Source: a virus
DNA length: 64,000 nucleotides
Strand: one strand, 5' to 3'
Virus record (IMG/VR): IMGVR_UViG_3300025276_000001
Span: 32,001 to 96,000 of that record
Positions 1 to 9,672 of this stretch are shown piece by piece. The notes under the pieces were generated by a model. It worked only from the letters and a program-made list of their open reading frames with translations. It searched no databases and was not told the DNA's origin. Every line of letters starts with the position of its first letter. Position 1 is the first letter of the stretch. The translations under genes were made by a program, and so were the position numbers.

Positions 1-72
1 ATACATTATAGAGATGCAAAAGCATCTAACATGACTCCTTCAAATTACGTCATGACTAACGTTATAGGCTAA
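1..72 (+). CDS. 3' end of an upstream gene (partial)
   Basis: Frame 1 is open from base 1 (IHYRDAKASNMTPSNYVMTNVIG) to TAA at 70-72, followed by an AT-rich intergenic region. Confidence 0.5.
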   Translation: MHYRDAKASNMTPSNYVMTNVIG

Positions 73-107
73 CGTTAAACCTTAAAAATTAGTAAATCTC
101 TTGATTT

Positions 108-129
108 ATTTGTATATTAATAATATAAA
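108..129 (+). promoter_or_regulatory. putative late (phage) promoter motif ATTTGTATATTAATAATATAAA
   Basis: 21/22 identical to 35690-35711; both copies end 9-10 nt before the start of a + strand structural gene block. Confidence 0.55.
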
Positions 130-138
130 ATCATTGTT

Positions 139-3100
139 GTGAAAGTAAACAAATTAAGTTTAAAACAGGGTGGAGGAAGTAGTGAACAACCTTCACATCA
201 AATGCCAGATGGTAGTGTTATGCCAGGTGCAACTCATCAAGAAGCTGAGGGACAACCTATTATGCAAGACCCAAATCAACAACAAGATCCCGCTATTGCA
301 CAAATAACAGAGATGGTAAGTAGTGCTTTATCAGATGGAGAAGACCCAGTTGGTATAGTAATGGCTTTGATTGAACAGCAAGTAGATCAAAATATTATAG
401 CTCAAGCTTTTATGAGTGGTGGTTATGCAGAAGAAGATGTTGTTGCTTTATTTGAAACAGTACAACAAAAATCTCAACCTCCGGCTGCTGCTTCAGCAGA
501 AGAACAAACTAAAGATCCACAAGAGATTGCAAGAAATCAAGCTATGCAGGAAGAAGCTGTAGCTGCTGAAAGCCAAGAAGCAGAAATGCTTGCGGCTGAA
601 CAAGATGCAATGTCTGAAACCCTAATGGGTAAATCTGGTATAGAAATTAAACCTGAGAATAAAGGTAAATTTACCAAATGGGCTAAAGCCCGTGGAATGT
701 CTGTTTCTGAGGCTTATAATAAAGTAATGTCTAACAAAGACAAGTATGCTCCTAATGTAGTAAAGATGGCAAACTTTGCTAAGAATGCAGCAGGTTGGAA
801 AAAAGAAGAAGGTGGAGAGCAAGAAGCTTATAAGCCACACTTTATGTATAAGGGTAAAAGAAAAATTAGGGCTAAAGATATGGAAACACATCTTAGACTT
901 AAAGAAGCTGGTTATAATCATGATACACCTAAAGCACAGCCAGGTGGAGAACAAGGAACACAACTAGGAAGAGGTGAATCAATAAATACTAATGGAGAAA
1001 AAGTAAATAAATTTGGTAATACTAATGCTCAACAATCTATAATAAATCAAAATACAACAAGTAAACAAACAACATATCCAACTGAGTATTCCAATTATAG
1101 GAATGCTATGACAGCAAGAAGTGTTTGGGAAGATGGTGATGGTGGTAAAAACTTTTTGAAAGATTACCCACAACAAGCTGAATTAGATTCACTAAGAACA
1201 GTGTATAGAAATTTACCTAATATAACTAATATACCTAAAGGTAAACAAGGTAAAGAAATGATTAAGCGTGCTGATGGATCATATTCTCAAAGAGGCATGT
1301 GGGATAACATTAGAGCTAATAAAGGAAGTGGAAAAAAACCTACAGCTGAAATGTTAGCAGAAGGAAGAAAACTTAAAACAGCTCAAACGGGTACTGGAAA
1401 AACTGCTGCACAAAAATTCTATGAAACAACAGGTGTTGTTAAAAGAGGAGATGTATTAACTAATACTGCTCCAAGATATACATTACCAACTACATTCAGT
1501 GATGGAACAGATTTTACTGTATCTGGAGCTCTATCAACTCTTGCAGATGTTGGATCAACTTTATTTAGTAGTGAACTTGATGAAAATGGTTTGAAGTCAG
1601 GAACCTTTATGGATTGGAAAAAAAAGGGTGCTGTTGAAGATGAAATAAAAGGAAACTATTATAACTATGAAGGTACTATAGACCTTAATGATCCAAACCA
1701 ATATGCCGGAGATAATTTAGATTTATATAATGCATCTAAATATAAGAGACCACTTAGAACAGTAGAACAATATAGTGAAGACGTTATGGAAAACTCCATG
1801 GTCAACTATAATGAAGAAACAAAAGAATATGATTTTACTAGATCAAGTAGAAAAATCAATCCTAATCTACCTGGTGTTAATCAAAATTCTTTAGATGGAG
1901 AAAATCTAAATTACTTTAATGAAGTAGATGCTAAGACCAGACAAGAATTATTAGATTTTGGAAGTAGTGATGCTCCAGAAGGTACTACATTAAGTATAGA
2001 TGAAATGGGTGCAACAAGTTATGTAGATCCAGAAGCTGAGAATCTTAATGAGTATGGTACTATGATGGGTTATAATAAGTCAGGAGTAGATAGACGGCCT
2101 AAAGTTATTGAAGAGGAACAAACTTCTATGATACAACCCAATGAGCAAGGTATGTTTAGAGAGCCTAGTATTGTATCAGTTGATCAAACAGAAGAACCTT
2201 TAAGTTTTAAGGAATGGGCAATGCAAGATAGTGTTCGTAGAATGGGTGCAAATGCTCCACAACAATATCAAGACTATATTAATGGTGTAGAAACAGAAAC
2301 AACTAAACCAAGTCTAGAAGATAAGATAAAAACTGGATTAAATGAAGCAGGTGAATTTATTGAAAGTAAATACAATCAAGCTGCTCCAGTTGTTAGAAAA
2401 GGTATTGATGATGCGGGTATGTTTGTTAAAGACAAAGTTAACAGTGGATTAGAATACTTAGAAAATAAGTTTAAAGAAGGTGGTGATTTACCAAAAGCAC
2501 AGTTTGCTGGACAACCAGGATTCTATGATGCCTTATCAGAGTTTACTAGCAACTTGGATTATTCATCAAATTCAGATCAATCAGATATGTTTAATCAACA
2601 ACAAATGAGTTTTGATAATAATCTTCCTTTTGATAATCCAAATAATCAAAATGCAATAGCAGATTTAAATAATGCTATCAGCTTTGGTCAACAAACTGAT
2701 TACAATAGAGATACTGAAGCTGTTAAACGTGCACAAATTGATAATGGGACTTATGGTAATAATAAACAACAATGTCCTGAAGGTCAAGAGTATGATGAAG
2801 TAATGGGACAATGTGTATTAAAAACTGTTGATGTTGTTGAAGATGAAGTTGCAGTTGCAAAACCGCTATATGAACCTGATGCTCCTACAGTTAAAAGAAC
2901 AAATAAATTTAGTGGTGGTTTAAATAGATTTTTAGATAGTAAAGAAGTTGGTGCTTTTGAAGATGTTTCTACAGCAGCTGTAGCAGTAGCAGGTGTAGCA
3001 AATGATTTCTTTAGAGAACGTAGTGTAAATGAAGCAACAGCAAGCAATAGAGCTAATGCAACAGCAGATGAAGTATATGGAGTCAATGAAGATCCATTTA

Positions 3101-3423
3101 TGAAAAGAGGTTCATGGGATATTAATACAGGTACATTTGGTAGTGAAGGACAAAGAACAGTAAGAACAAATATGGGTACTGCTAAAAATGGAGGAGGAAT
3201 AAACAATGCAGGATTTAAAGCTTTGCCACCACAAGCACAACAAAATATTTTAGATAACATGTTATATGGTGGTGATCCAAACCCAGGTATTAGAGCACTT
3301 AGAAAAGTTGCTCCAGAAGTAGTATCAAAAATGGGATATAAATCAGGTGGAGAAACCATCAACGTAAATTCTACTATCTTAGCAAAACTAATTGCAGCGG
3401 GAGCTGATATTGAAATACTATAG
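139..3423 (+). CDS. putative virion cargo protein, modular and low-complexity (GTG start)
   Basis: 1094-aa ORF; Q/E-rich linkers; short basic modules such as GIEIKPENKGKFTKWAK...ANFAKNAAGW separated by xxGG motifs; lies upstream of the giant ejection genes, as in crAss-like phages. Confidence 0.7.
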   Translation: MKVNKLSLKQGGGSSEQPSHQMPDGSVMPGATHQEAEGQPIMQDPNQQQDPAIAQITEMVSSALSDGEDPVGIVMALIEQQVDQNIIAQAFMSGGYAEEDVVALFETVQQKSQPPAAASAEEQTKDPQEIARNQAMQEEAVAAESQEAEMLAAEQDAMSETLMGKSGIEIKPENKGKFTKWAKARGMSVSEAYNKVMSNKDKYAPNVVKMANFAKNAAGWKKEEGGEQEAYKPHFMYKGKRKIRAKDMETHLRLKEAGYNHDTPKAQPGGEQGTQLGRGESINTNGEKVNKFGNTNAQQSIINQNTTSKQTTYPTEYSNYRNAMTARSVWEDGDGGKNFLKDYPQQAELDSLRTVYRNLPNITNIPKGKQGKEMIKRADGSYSQRGMWDNIRANKGSGKKPTAEMLAEGRKLKTAQTGTGKTAAQKFYETTGVVKRGDVLTNTAPRYTLPTTFSDGTDFTVSGALSTLADVGSTLFSSELDENGLKSGTFMDWKKKGAVEDEIKGNYYNYEGTIDLNDPNQYAGDNLDLYNASKYKRPLRTVEQYSEDVMENSMVNYNEETKEYDFTRSSRKINPNLPGVNQNSLDGENLNYFNEVDAKTRQELLDFGSSDAPEGTTLSIDEMGATSYVDPEAENLNEYGTMMGYNKSGVDRRPKVIEEEQTSMIQPNEQGMFREPSIVSVDQTEEPLSFKEWAMQDSVRRMGANAPQQYQDYINGVETETTKPSLEDKIKTGLNEAGEFIESKYNQAAPVVRKGIDDAGMFVKDKVNSGLEYLENKFKEGGDLPKAQFAGQPGFYDALSEFTSNLDYSSNSDQSDMFNQQQMSFDNNLPFDNPNNQNAIADLNNAISFGQQTDYNRDTEAVKRAQIDNGTYGNNKQQCPEGQEYDEVMGQCVLKTVDVVEDEVAVAKPLYEPDAPTVKRTNKFSGGLNRFLDSKEVGAFEDVSTAAVAVAGVANDFFRERSVNEATASNRANATADEVYGVNEDPFMKRGSWDINTGTFGSEGQRTVRTNMGTAKNGGGINNAGFKALPPQAQQNILDNMLYGGDPNPGIRALRKVAPEVVSKMGYKSGGETINVNSTILAKLIAAGADIEIL

Positions 3424-3425
3424 TC

Positions 3426-6179
3426 ATGGCAAAAATTAAAATAAATAAATTACCAAAAGGGTTTAAATTACTAGACGGCAAAGTTGTTGAAGAACAAGTT
3501 ATGAGAGACGGAGGTGATTTACAAACTGGTGACCAAGCTGATTATGGCCTAGTTACAACTCCACAAGAATACTATAATAATACTAACTTTAACAACACTG
3601 ATGATAGGGATGTTAGATATAGTTTATCTAGTGTACCTAGAGAAAATGCTAATATAGAAGCTGAAGGTGGAGAAACTGTTTTAACAGATTTGACTAATGA
3701 TGGTACGTTTGGATTATATGATATAACAGGACCTAGACATTCTAAAGGTGGAGTACCAATGTTTTTACCTGAACAATCATTTATATATTCAGATACAGAC
3801 AAAATGAAATTTACAAGTGAAGAGTTATCTGAGTTTGGAATTAATAGTAAAAAGAAAATAACACCTGCTAAGTTATCTAAAAAATATCAATTGAATGATT
3901 ACTATAACCATTTAACAGATCCTTATGCAGATAATATACAAGCACTAACTTCAGAGTTAATGCTTAAAAAGAATATGATGAATCTTTCTAAGTTAGCATT
4001 TACACAAGAATCAAAAAAGAAATTTGAAGAAGGAGTTCCATTAGCTGCACATCCATATTTAGTACAACAAGGTATTGACCCAATACAGTTTACAGCAGAG
4101 ATGGAACAAATCAGTAGAGAGCAAGCTGAAATGGAAGCAATAGCAGCATTACCGCCTGAGCAACAACAACAAGTAATGATGATGCAACAGATGATGGCTC
4201 AAGAACAAGAACAACCTCAACAGCCTCAAGGTCAAGAAATGCAAACAGAAGAAATGATGATGCAAGAAGATGCTATGGCAAGATTTGGTGGTGAAAGAAA
4301 ATTAAAAAGATATCAAAAAGCAGGAGAGACAGGTAAAGAATATTCAGAAAGAATGGGTCAAACATGGGATCCAACACTTAAGAATCCTACATATGATAAG
4401 AAAAATAAGATGTGGGTATACGGAGATGGTACTCCATCTGTATCTAAGTCTGATGCTATGAGAATGGCTATGTCTGGACAAAAACCAAGTCAAGATTATT
4501 ACATTTCAGAAACTGAATTAGAAGGATCAGTAAATACAAATACTCAAACTGGAGGTGATAATGTAGAAGTATTAGAAACTGAAATTACTGAGTCATCTAC
4601 ACCAGGTACAGGTAATCCAGGTATACCTGCTGAACAGTGGGCAATATGGAAACCTTATATAGATAATGGAGCAACGCTAGAAACTATTACTCTTGATGAT
4701 GGAAGAAAAACAGTTAGAATTTCTACTCCAAAAAGTGATGTACAAAAACTTAGAGAACAAGTTACTGCTACAAATCTTGTAGGACGTGGAGGTACAACTG
4801 ATATATATGGTGAAGATATAAGTGGTCAAGGAAGAGCTATTAAAGAAGGAACACAAGAAGGATGGGTTTATAAAGAAGGACCACTTACAGGAGGACAAAG
4901 AAATGTTACTCAAGCAGGTGTTGATGGTGTGTATGGTTCTAGTGATATTAATTCTGAGACAACTCAAACAATATTTAGAGATAATTGGGGAGATACATTA
5001 GAAAAAATTGAAGAGCAATTTGGTGTTCCTTTTGACAATACCAATGATGAACAAGTTCTGGCATTTCAAACTGCTGCAGAAGAACAAAGAAAATTAGATG
5101 CAGCAGCAGCAGGTGTTGATTATATCCCATACTTTAAAAAACCAGGAGATGAAGGCTATGTAAAAGGACAGTCATTAGATGGCAAGATGGGTTTATATAC
5201 TATTAACATTCCTAGGTTAAGTAAGAATGACCAATTTAATGATGAAGCTACATACGGAGACATAACAAAAGATGATCTTGTACCAGGAGAAATTGACGTT
5301 AAAGAAAGAGGTCAACCAGAATGGTGGATTCAAGATCAAAATAATTTAAATGCATTAGGTCAAATAGATGATAATTTATATTTACCATGGGCTCCAGATG
5401 CACAACGTGTTACACTTGCACCAACGTTTGATGATTGGAGATCAGCTGTTAATTCAAATAATTCAACAGCTTCTACTATTGCTCAAGCTTTAGGAGCAGT
5501 TGGTGGACCACAAGCAGTTGCAAATTCACAAATACAAGGTCAAACATTAGAAGCAAATGCAAAAGCTATAAACAGAACTAACACAAATAATGTTGGAATT
5601 GCAAATCAATATGGAGCAATGCAAGCTCAGTATGATAATTTAGCTAACCAGGAGAATGATAAAAGAAAGATGGCTGTTTATGACAACACTCAGAAAACTT
5701 TGCAAGCACATGACAACTTTCTAAATTGGAAAATTGGTGAGAATGTTAAGCTACAAAACGCAGCATTAACAAATAGAGCTAATACATTTAATTTAAATAG
5801 CACATATGATAACTATGAAATTGATCCAAGAACAGGTGGTATAATTGATTTTACAGATCCAAGAGCATTAGAAAAACAAGGGCCAATAGCAGATCAAAAA
5901 TCAAGAGAAAGAGATTATTTTGAAGGAGTTACTTCTCTTGCTAAAAATTTAAATAGAGAACCTACTAGTGCAGAAATAGAAGGTTTCTTTGATTATACTA
6001 GAGGTAGTGGAAAGCCAGCATATAGAGATCCAAATATATCTAATGCAGCTGCTGAATTACAAAAAAAAGGTGCACCAGGAAGATCAGTAAATGCTAATGT
6101 GAACACACAAACAGCAAGAAAAGGAAAAGAACTTAAACGAATGGTAGTACCATTCTATAGTGGTAAAATGGGGAGATAG
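3426..6179 (+). CDS. putative virion cargo/structural protein with NIEAEGGE...GPRHSKGG domain
   Basis: 917-aa ORF 2 nt after the previous stop; the N-terminal EAEGGE/GPxHxxGG motif pair is typical of crAss-like cargo proteins; N/Q-rich coiled-coil C-terminus. Confidence 0.7.
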   Translation: MAKIKINKLPKGFKLLDGKVVEEQVMRDGGDLQTGDQADYGLVTTPQEYYNNTNFNNTDDRDVRYSLSSVPRENANIEAEGGETVLTDLTNDGTFGLYDITGPRHSKGGVPMFLPEQSFIYSDTDKMKFTSEELSEFGINSKKKITPAKLSKKYQLNDYYNHLTDPYADNIQALTSELMLKKNMMNLSKLAFTQESKKKFEEGVPLAAHPYLVQQGIDPIQFTAEMEQISREQAEMEAIAALPPEQQQQVMMMQQMMAQEQEQPQQPQGQEMQTEEMMMQEDAMARFGGERKLKRYQKAGETGKEYSERMGQTWDPTLKNPTYDKKNKMWVYGDGTPSVSKSDAMRMAMSGQKPSQDYYISETELEGSVNTNTQTGGDNVEVLETEITESSTPGTGNPGIPAEQWAIWKPYIDNGATLETITLDDGRKTVRISTPKSDVQKLREQVTATNLVGRGGTTDIYGEDISGQGRAIKEGTQEGWVYKEGPLTGGQRNVTQAGVDGVYGSSDINSETTQTIFRDNWGDTLEKIEEQFGVPFDNTNDEQVLAFQTAAEEQRKLDAAAAGVDYIPYFKKPGDEGYVKGQSLDGKMGLYTINIPRLSKNDQFNDEATYGDITKDDLVPGEIDVKERGQPEWWIQDQNNLNALGQIDDNLYLPWAPDAQRVTLAPTFDDWRSAVNSNNSTASTIAQALGAVGGPQAVANSQIQGQTLEANAKAINRTNTNNVGIANQYGAMQAQYDNLANQENDKRKMAVYDNTQKTLQAHDNFLNWKIGENVKLQNAALTNRANTFNLNSTYDNYEIDPRTGGIIDFTDPRALEKQGPIADQKSRERDYFEGVTSLAKNLNREPTSAEIEGFFDYTRGSGKPAYRDPNISNAAAELQKKGAPGRSVNANVNTQTARKGKELKRMVVPFYSGKMGR

Positions 6180-6242
6180 TTAAACCTAAAAGGTTTTTAT
6201 ATTTACCTTGTTAAACTTAATAAATTATAGTAATTTTATATT

Positions 6243-9200
6243 ATGGCAACATACGTACCAGGATCAGAAACTTATTTACCGGATATCAAACCGTTTACAC
6301 CAGACTACAAGTTTTTGTCTGCTGTACTTGGTCAGAGACAAGATAAATACAACACAAATTGGCAAGCAACAAATGACATATACAATAAGGTAGTATATGC
6401 GGACATATCACGTGAAGACACTAATGTTAAAAGAGAGCAATATGTAAAAAACTTAGCTCCATCTTTAGAGAAAATAGCTGGTTTAGATTTGTCAATGCGT
6501 GAAAATGTACAAGCAGCTAAGTCTGTATTTCAACCATTTTTACAAGATGATTTGATTGTAAAAGATATGGCAGTTACTGCTAACTATAGAGATCAAATGG
6601 CATTAGCTGAACGTTATAAAAATTCCCCTGATGCTGATACAAGAAAGTTATGGCATAGAGATGGTGTTGCAGCTTTGCAATACAAGATGGAATCTTTTAT
6701 TAATGATGATGCTACAAAAGCATTAAACTTTAGAGCACCCAAGTATGTTCCAGAAGCAAACATAATGGCATTGTCTGAAGAAATTTTAGGTGAAATGAAA
6801 CCACCTTTAAAATTAAAAATAGATCATTTTGGTGTTAATGCAGACGGATCAGTAAATACTGACTGGATTGTTACTGATCAGAATGGAGAAAGATTAGTAG
6901 GTCCTGCATTACAAATTATAAGAAACCAATTACAACAAGATCCAAGAGTTGCAGATTCTTATCAAGTAAAAGCTTATGTAGCATCTATGGACTTTGGAAG
7001 AGCAATGGTAGATAATGGTACATTTGGTTCTGTTGATGAAGGGAGAATGGCTTGGGCTGTTGAAACACTTACTAGAGCACAAGAAAATAATGCTATTAGA
7101 TTAACTGAAGGTGCTGGAGAATTAAGAGAATATAACAATATAAATGTAAGATGGCAAAATTATCAAGCCATTAATGGAGTTATTCCTGGTTCTGATGAAG
7201 AAACTACAATGAAAAATAACTTGTCTGCTTATGAGAAGACAAGAATGCAAATGGCGCAAGATCAAAAAATTGCTGGTATAATTGATACACCTCCTGCTGA
7301 TTTAGAAAGCACATTGGCTACTGCATATCAAGTTCTAATGTTAACTAACATGGATGGAGATATGATTAAAGCAGCTAAATCATATAGCATGAGAGATATG
7401 GAATCTACTTTTAGAGTAAATCCATATGCTAAACAAGATAAGCAGTTTAAATATGATATGCGTAAAGAAGCTGCTAGAGCACAAAATAACTTATTTAGAG
7501 ATTCTGAAAAAGATAGACGTGCTAGACAATTAGCAATAGATAAAGGGGAGATAAAAACTCAAGAACAACTTGATCAAGAAAATAAATTAAGAATAGCTTT
7601 AGGTAATGCTAGTACTGTTCGTGGTGATTCAAGAACAAATACAGCTGATCTAGAGGATGGTGATGTTTATGCTGATGAACAAGCTGACTTTCAGAAGATG
7701 TTAAGTACAAATACTAAAGATCAAGCTAGTCAAATACTTTCATCAATGAGACAAGTTGATCCTATGGGTGAAGTTGTAGATGGAAAAGGTACATACCAAT
7801 GGAGTATGGAACTTGATGGTAAAAAAGTAACAGGTGATATGGCTAAATTAGAAAAAATTCTATATAGCACAAAAGCCCTTACTGAAGAACAAGAAGGAGA
7901 TGAAGACTTTATGAAGTCTTATGTTCCTGAATTTATCTATCAACATGATATTGATAGAATCCATGATGAGAAAATTCAGCAGATGAATTCAGTTGATGAA
8001 AATGGAGCATTGAATATTATTCAATCACATACATCTGAAATTGTTACTCCTGCGTATAAAGCTTTAGTAGAAAGTATGCTAAATACTCAAACTAATAATG
8101 GAACATTAATGAAGACTCATGCTAACTTGCTAGAAGCATATGCAAGGACTGGTGTCAAAACTGATATAGAAGCAAGAAATATTAATGATAACTTAGTAGG
8201 ATTTCAAGAAAGTGGTTACCCAAGTATTTTTCAAAAAAATGCATCTGGTGTAACAGTTAGATTAGGTAGAGAAGAGTATGCTGACTTAGTTGAAAAAATG
8301 GCAAAGGAACGCAAGCTTACAAACTTTGATAGAGATTGGATTGACGGAGGTACTGATCAAAAGAATTACATGAAAGACAAAAGAGGTGTCAATGAATATG
8401 TACATTATGTAACAGAACCAATGTTAGATTCAAATGGTGAACCAGCATTTACTGCAAATGGTGCACCAAGAATGACAAGAAGAAGTATAGTTACTAAAGA
8501 GAAAGTAGACGGTGTTAGAAATTACAGAACAAAAACAACCTACATGGTTGATCAGTTTGGTGAAGAGGTGCGTGCAGCAGACCGTCAAATGAGTAAGATA
8601 ATTGATGGTAAAGAAGTAAGACTAAACTATACTGTAGCTAAAATGCTTGATGTAAGAGGTGTAAGGACTGAAGCAGATTATGTATATGATAAGTATAATG
8701 CTTCTTTTAAAGATGGTCTTAATGGTAAGTTAACTGACCAAGTAGGAGTTTTGGAAACAGGATCACTAAATTCAGCTTTATTAGGATTAGATAATACAGT
8801 AGGAAACCTATCAACTGGAACTTTATACAAAGGGGATTTCAATCCAATGAGTCCTAATGAAGGACAAGGTGCAGTAATATATACTCAATTTTTAGATCAA
8901 GTAGCCTCAATGAATAAATTAGGTATTCAACCTAATTACTACATGGGTAACGAACAAGACTTTGAAGTAGAAGAAACTAGTCCAAAAGCAAAAGCTTTTA
9001 TGGATCAAGTACGTCAGGATGTTATTTCAGACATGCAACCAGCAAATAAAAAATCAACAAGAACTACAGCAAGAGGGGAATGGTTTTATGCTCCAGTATT
9101 AGGATCTGCTGATGATATGGACAAGAGTACTGCTGGATATATTTTTAAACCAACTGAAGATTATGTAACATCAAAAGTTAAAGGTGGAGGTCTAGCTAGC

Positions 9201-9644
9201 CAATGGGCAGGTTTAGATGCAGGAGAAAGAAAGAAAATTCTTGAAGGTGGAATTTCCATGGTGTTTGATCAGAAAGATGATATCAATCCAAGAAAAGTTG
9301 CAGACAACTGGGGGAATACAATAGTAGCACAGGTAATGGGTAGTCCAAATCAAACTAAACAATGGAACCCTACTGATGCTAATGGTGATCCAGCCGGTTC
9401 CTATAGTATAAGTAGAGTTAATCAAAACTTATATGTTATGAATTATCAATATTCTACATATCAGGAAGGTGGAACATATACTCCCAGTACACCAATGATA
9501 ATGAATGTTCCTATTTCTAGGCAAACCGGAGGTTTTAAAGCTTTAACTGCTGCTCAAAATTCTATACTAGAAATATATAAGCAAAGAGGCTTACTCAATA
9601 TGGCAGCTAAAAAGAAAGACAAAGGATTGAACGCAAAAAAGTAA
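6243..9644 (+). CDS. large virion/ejection protein (first of three giant genes)
   Basis: 1133-aa ORF; helical N-terminus MATYVPG...FTPDYKFL; immediately precedes the RNAP-containing giant gene. Confidence 0.65.
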   Translation: MATYVPGSETYLPDIKPFTPDYKFLSAVLGQRQDKYNTNWQATNDIYNKVVYADISREDTNVKREQYVKNLAPSLEKIAGLDLSMRENVQAAKSVFQPFLQDDLIVKDMAVTANYRDQMALAERYKNSPDADTRKLWHRDGVAALQYKMESFINDDATKALNFRAPKYVPEANIMALSEEILGEMKPPLKLKIDHFGVNADGSVNTDWIVTDQNGERLVGPALQIIRNQLQQDPRVADSYQVKAYVASMDFGRAMVDNGTFGSVDEGRMAWAVETLTRAQENNAIRLTEGAGELREYNNINVRWQNYQAINGVIPGSDEETTMKNNLSAYEKTRMQMAQDQKIAGIIDTPPADLESTLATAYQVLMLTNMDGDMIKAAKSYSMRDMESTFRVNPYAKQDKQFKYDMRKEAARAQNNLFRDSEKDRRARQLAIDKGEIKTQEQLDQENKLRIALGNASTVRGDSRTNTADLEDGDVYADEQADFQKMLSTNTKDQASQILSSMRQVDPMGEVVDGKGTYQWSMELDGKKVTGDMAKLEKILYSTKALTEEQEGDEDFMKSYVPEFIYQHDIDRIHDEKIQQMNSVDENGALNIIQSHTSEIVTPAYKALVESMLNTQTNNGTLMKTHANLLEAYARTGVKTDIEARNINDNLVGFQESGYPSIFQKNASGVTVRLGREEYADLVEKMAKERKLTNFDRDWIDGGTDQKNYMKDKRGVNEYVHYVTEPMLDSNGEPAFTANGAPRMTRRSIVTKEKVDGVRNYRTKTTYMVDQFGEEVRAADRQMSKIIDGKEVRLNYTVAKMLDVRGVRTEADYVYDKYNASFKDGLNGKLTDQVGVLETGSLNSALLGLDNTVGNLSTGTLYKGDFNPMSPNEGQGAVIYTQFLDQVASMNKLGIQPNYYMGNEQDFEVEETSPKAKAFMDQVRQDVISDMQPANKKSTRTTARGEWFYAPVLGSADDMDKSTAGYIFKPTEDYVTSKVKGGGLASQWAGLDAGERKKILEGGISMVFDQKDDINPRKVADNWGNTIVAQVMGSPNQTKQWNPTDANGDPAGSYSISRVNQNLYVMNYQYSTYQEGGTYTPSTPMIMNVPISRQTGGFKALTAAQNSILEIYKQRGLLNMAAKKKDKGLNAKK

Positions 9645-9672
9645 ACCAAAAATAATAAATTACTATTCATAG

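Noticed and set aside
6179-6230. GTTAAAC(C/T)T motif (also at 74) and a small AAACCT/AGGTTT hairpin
   Set aside because: Short and AT-rich; cannot be distinguished from chance without the full genome
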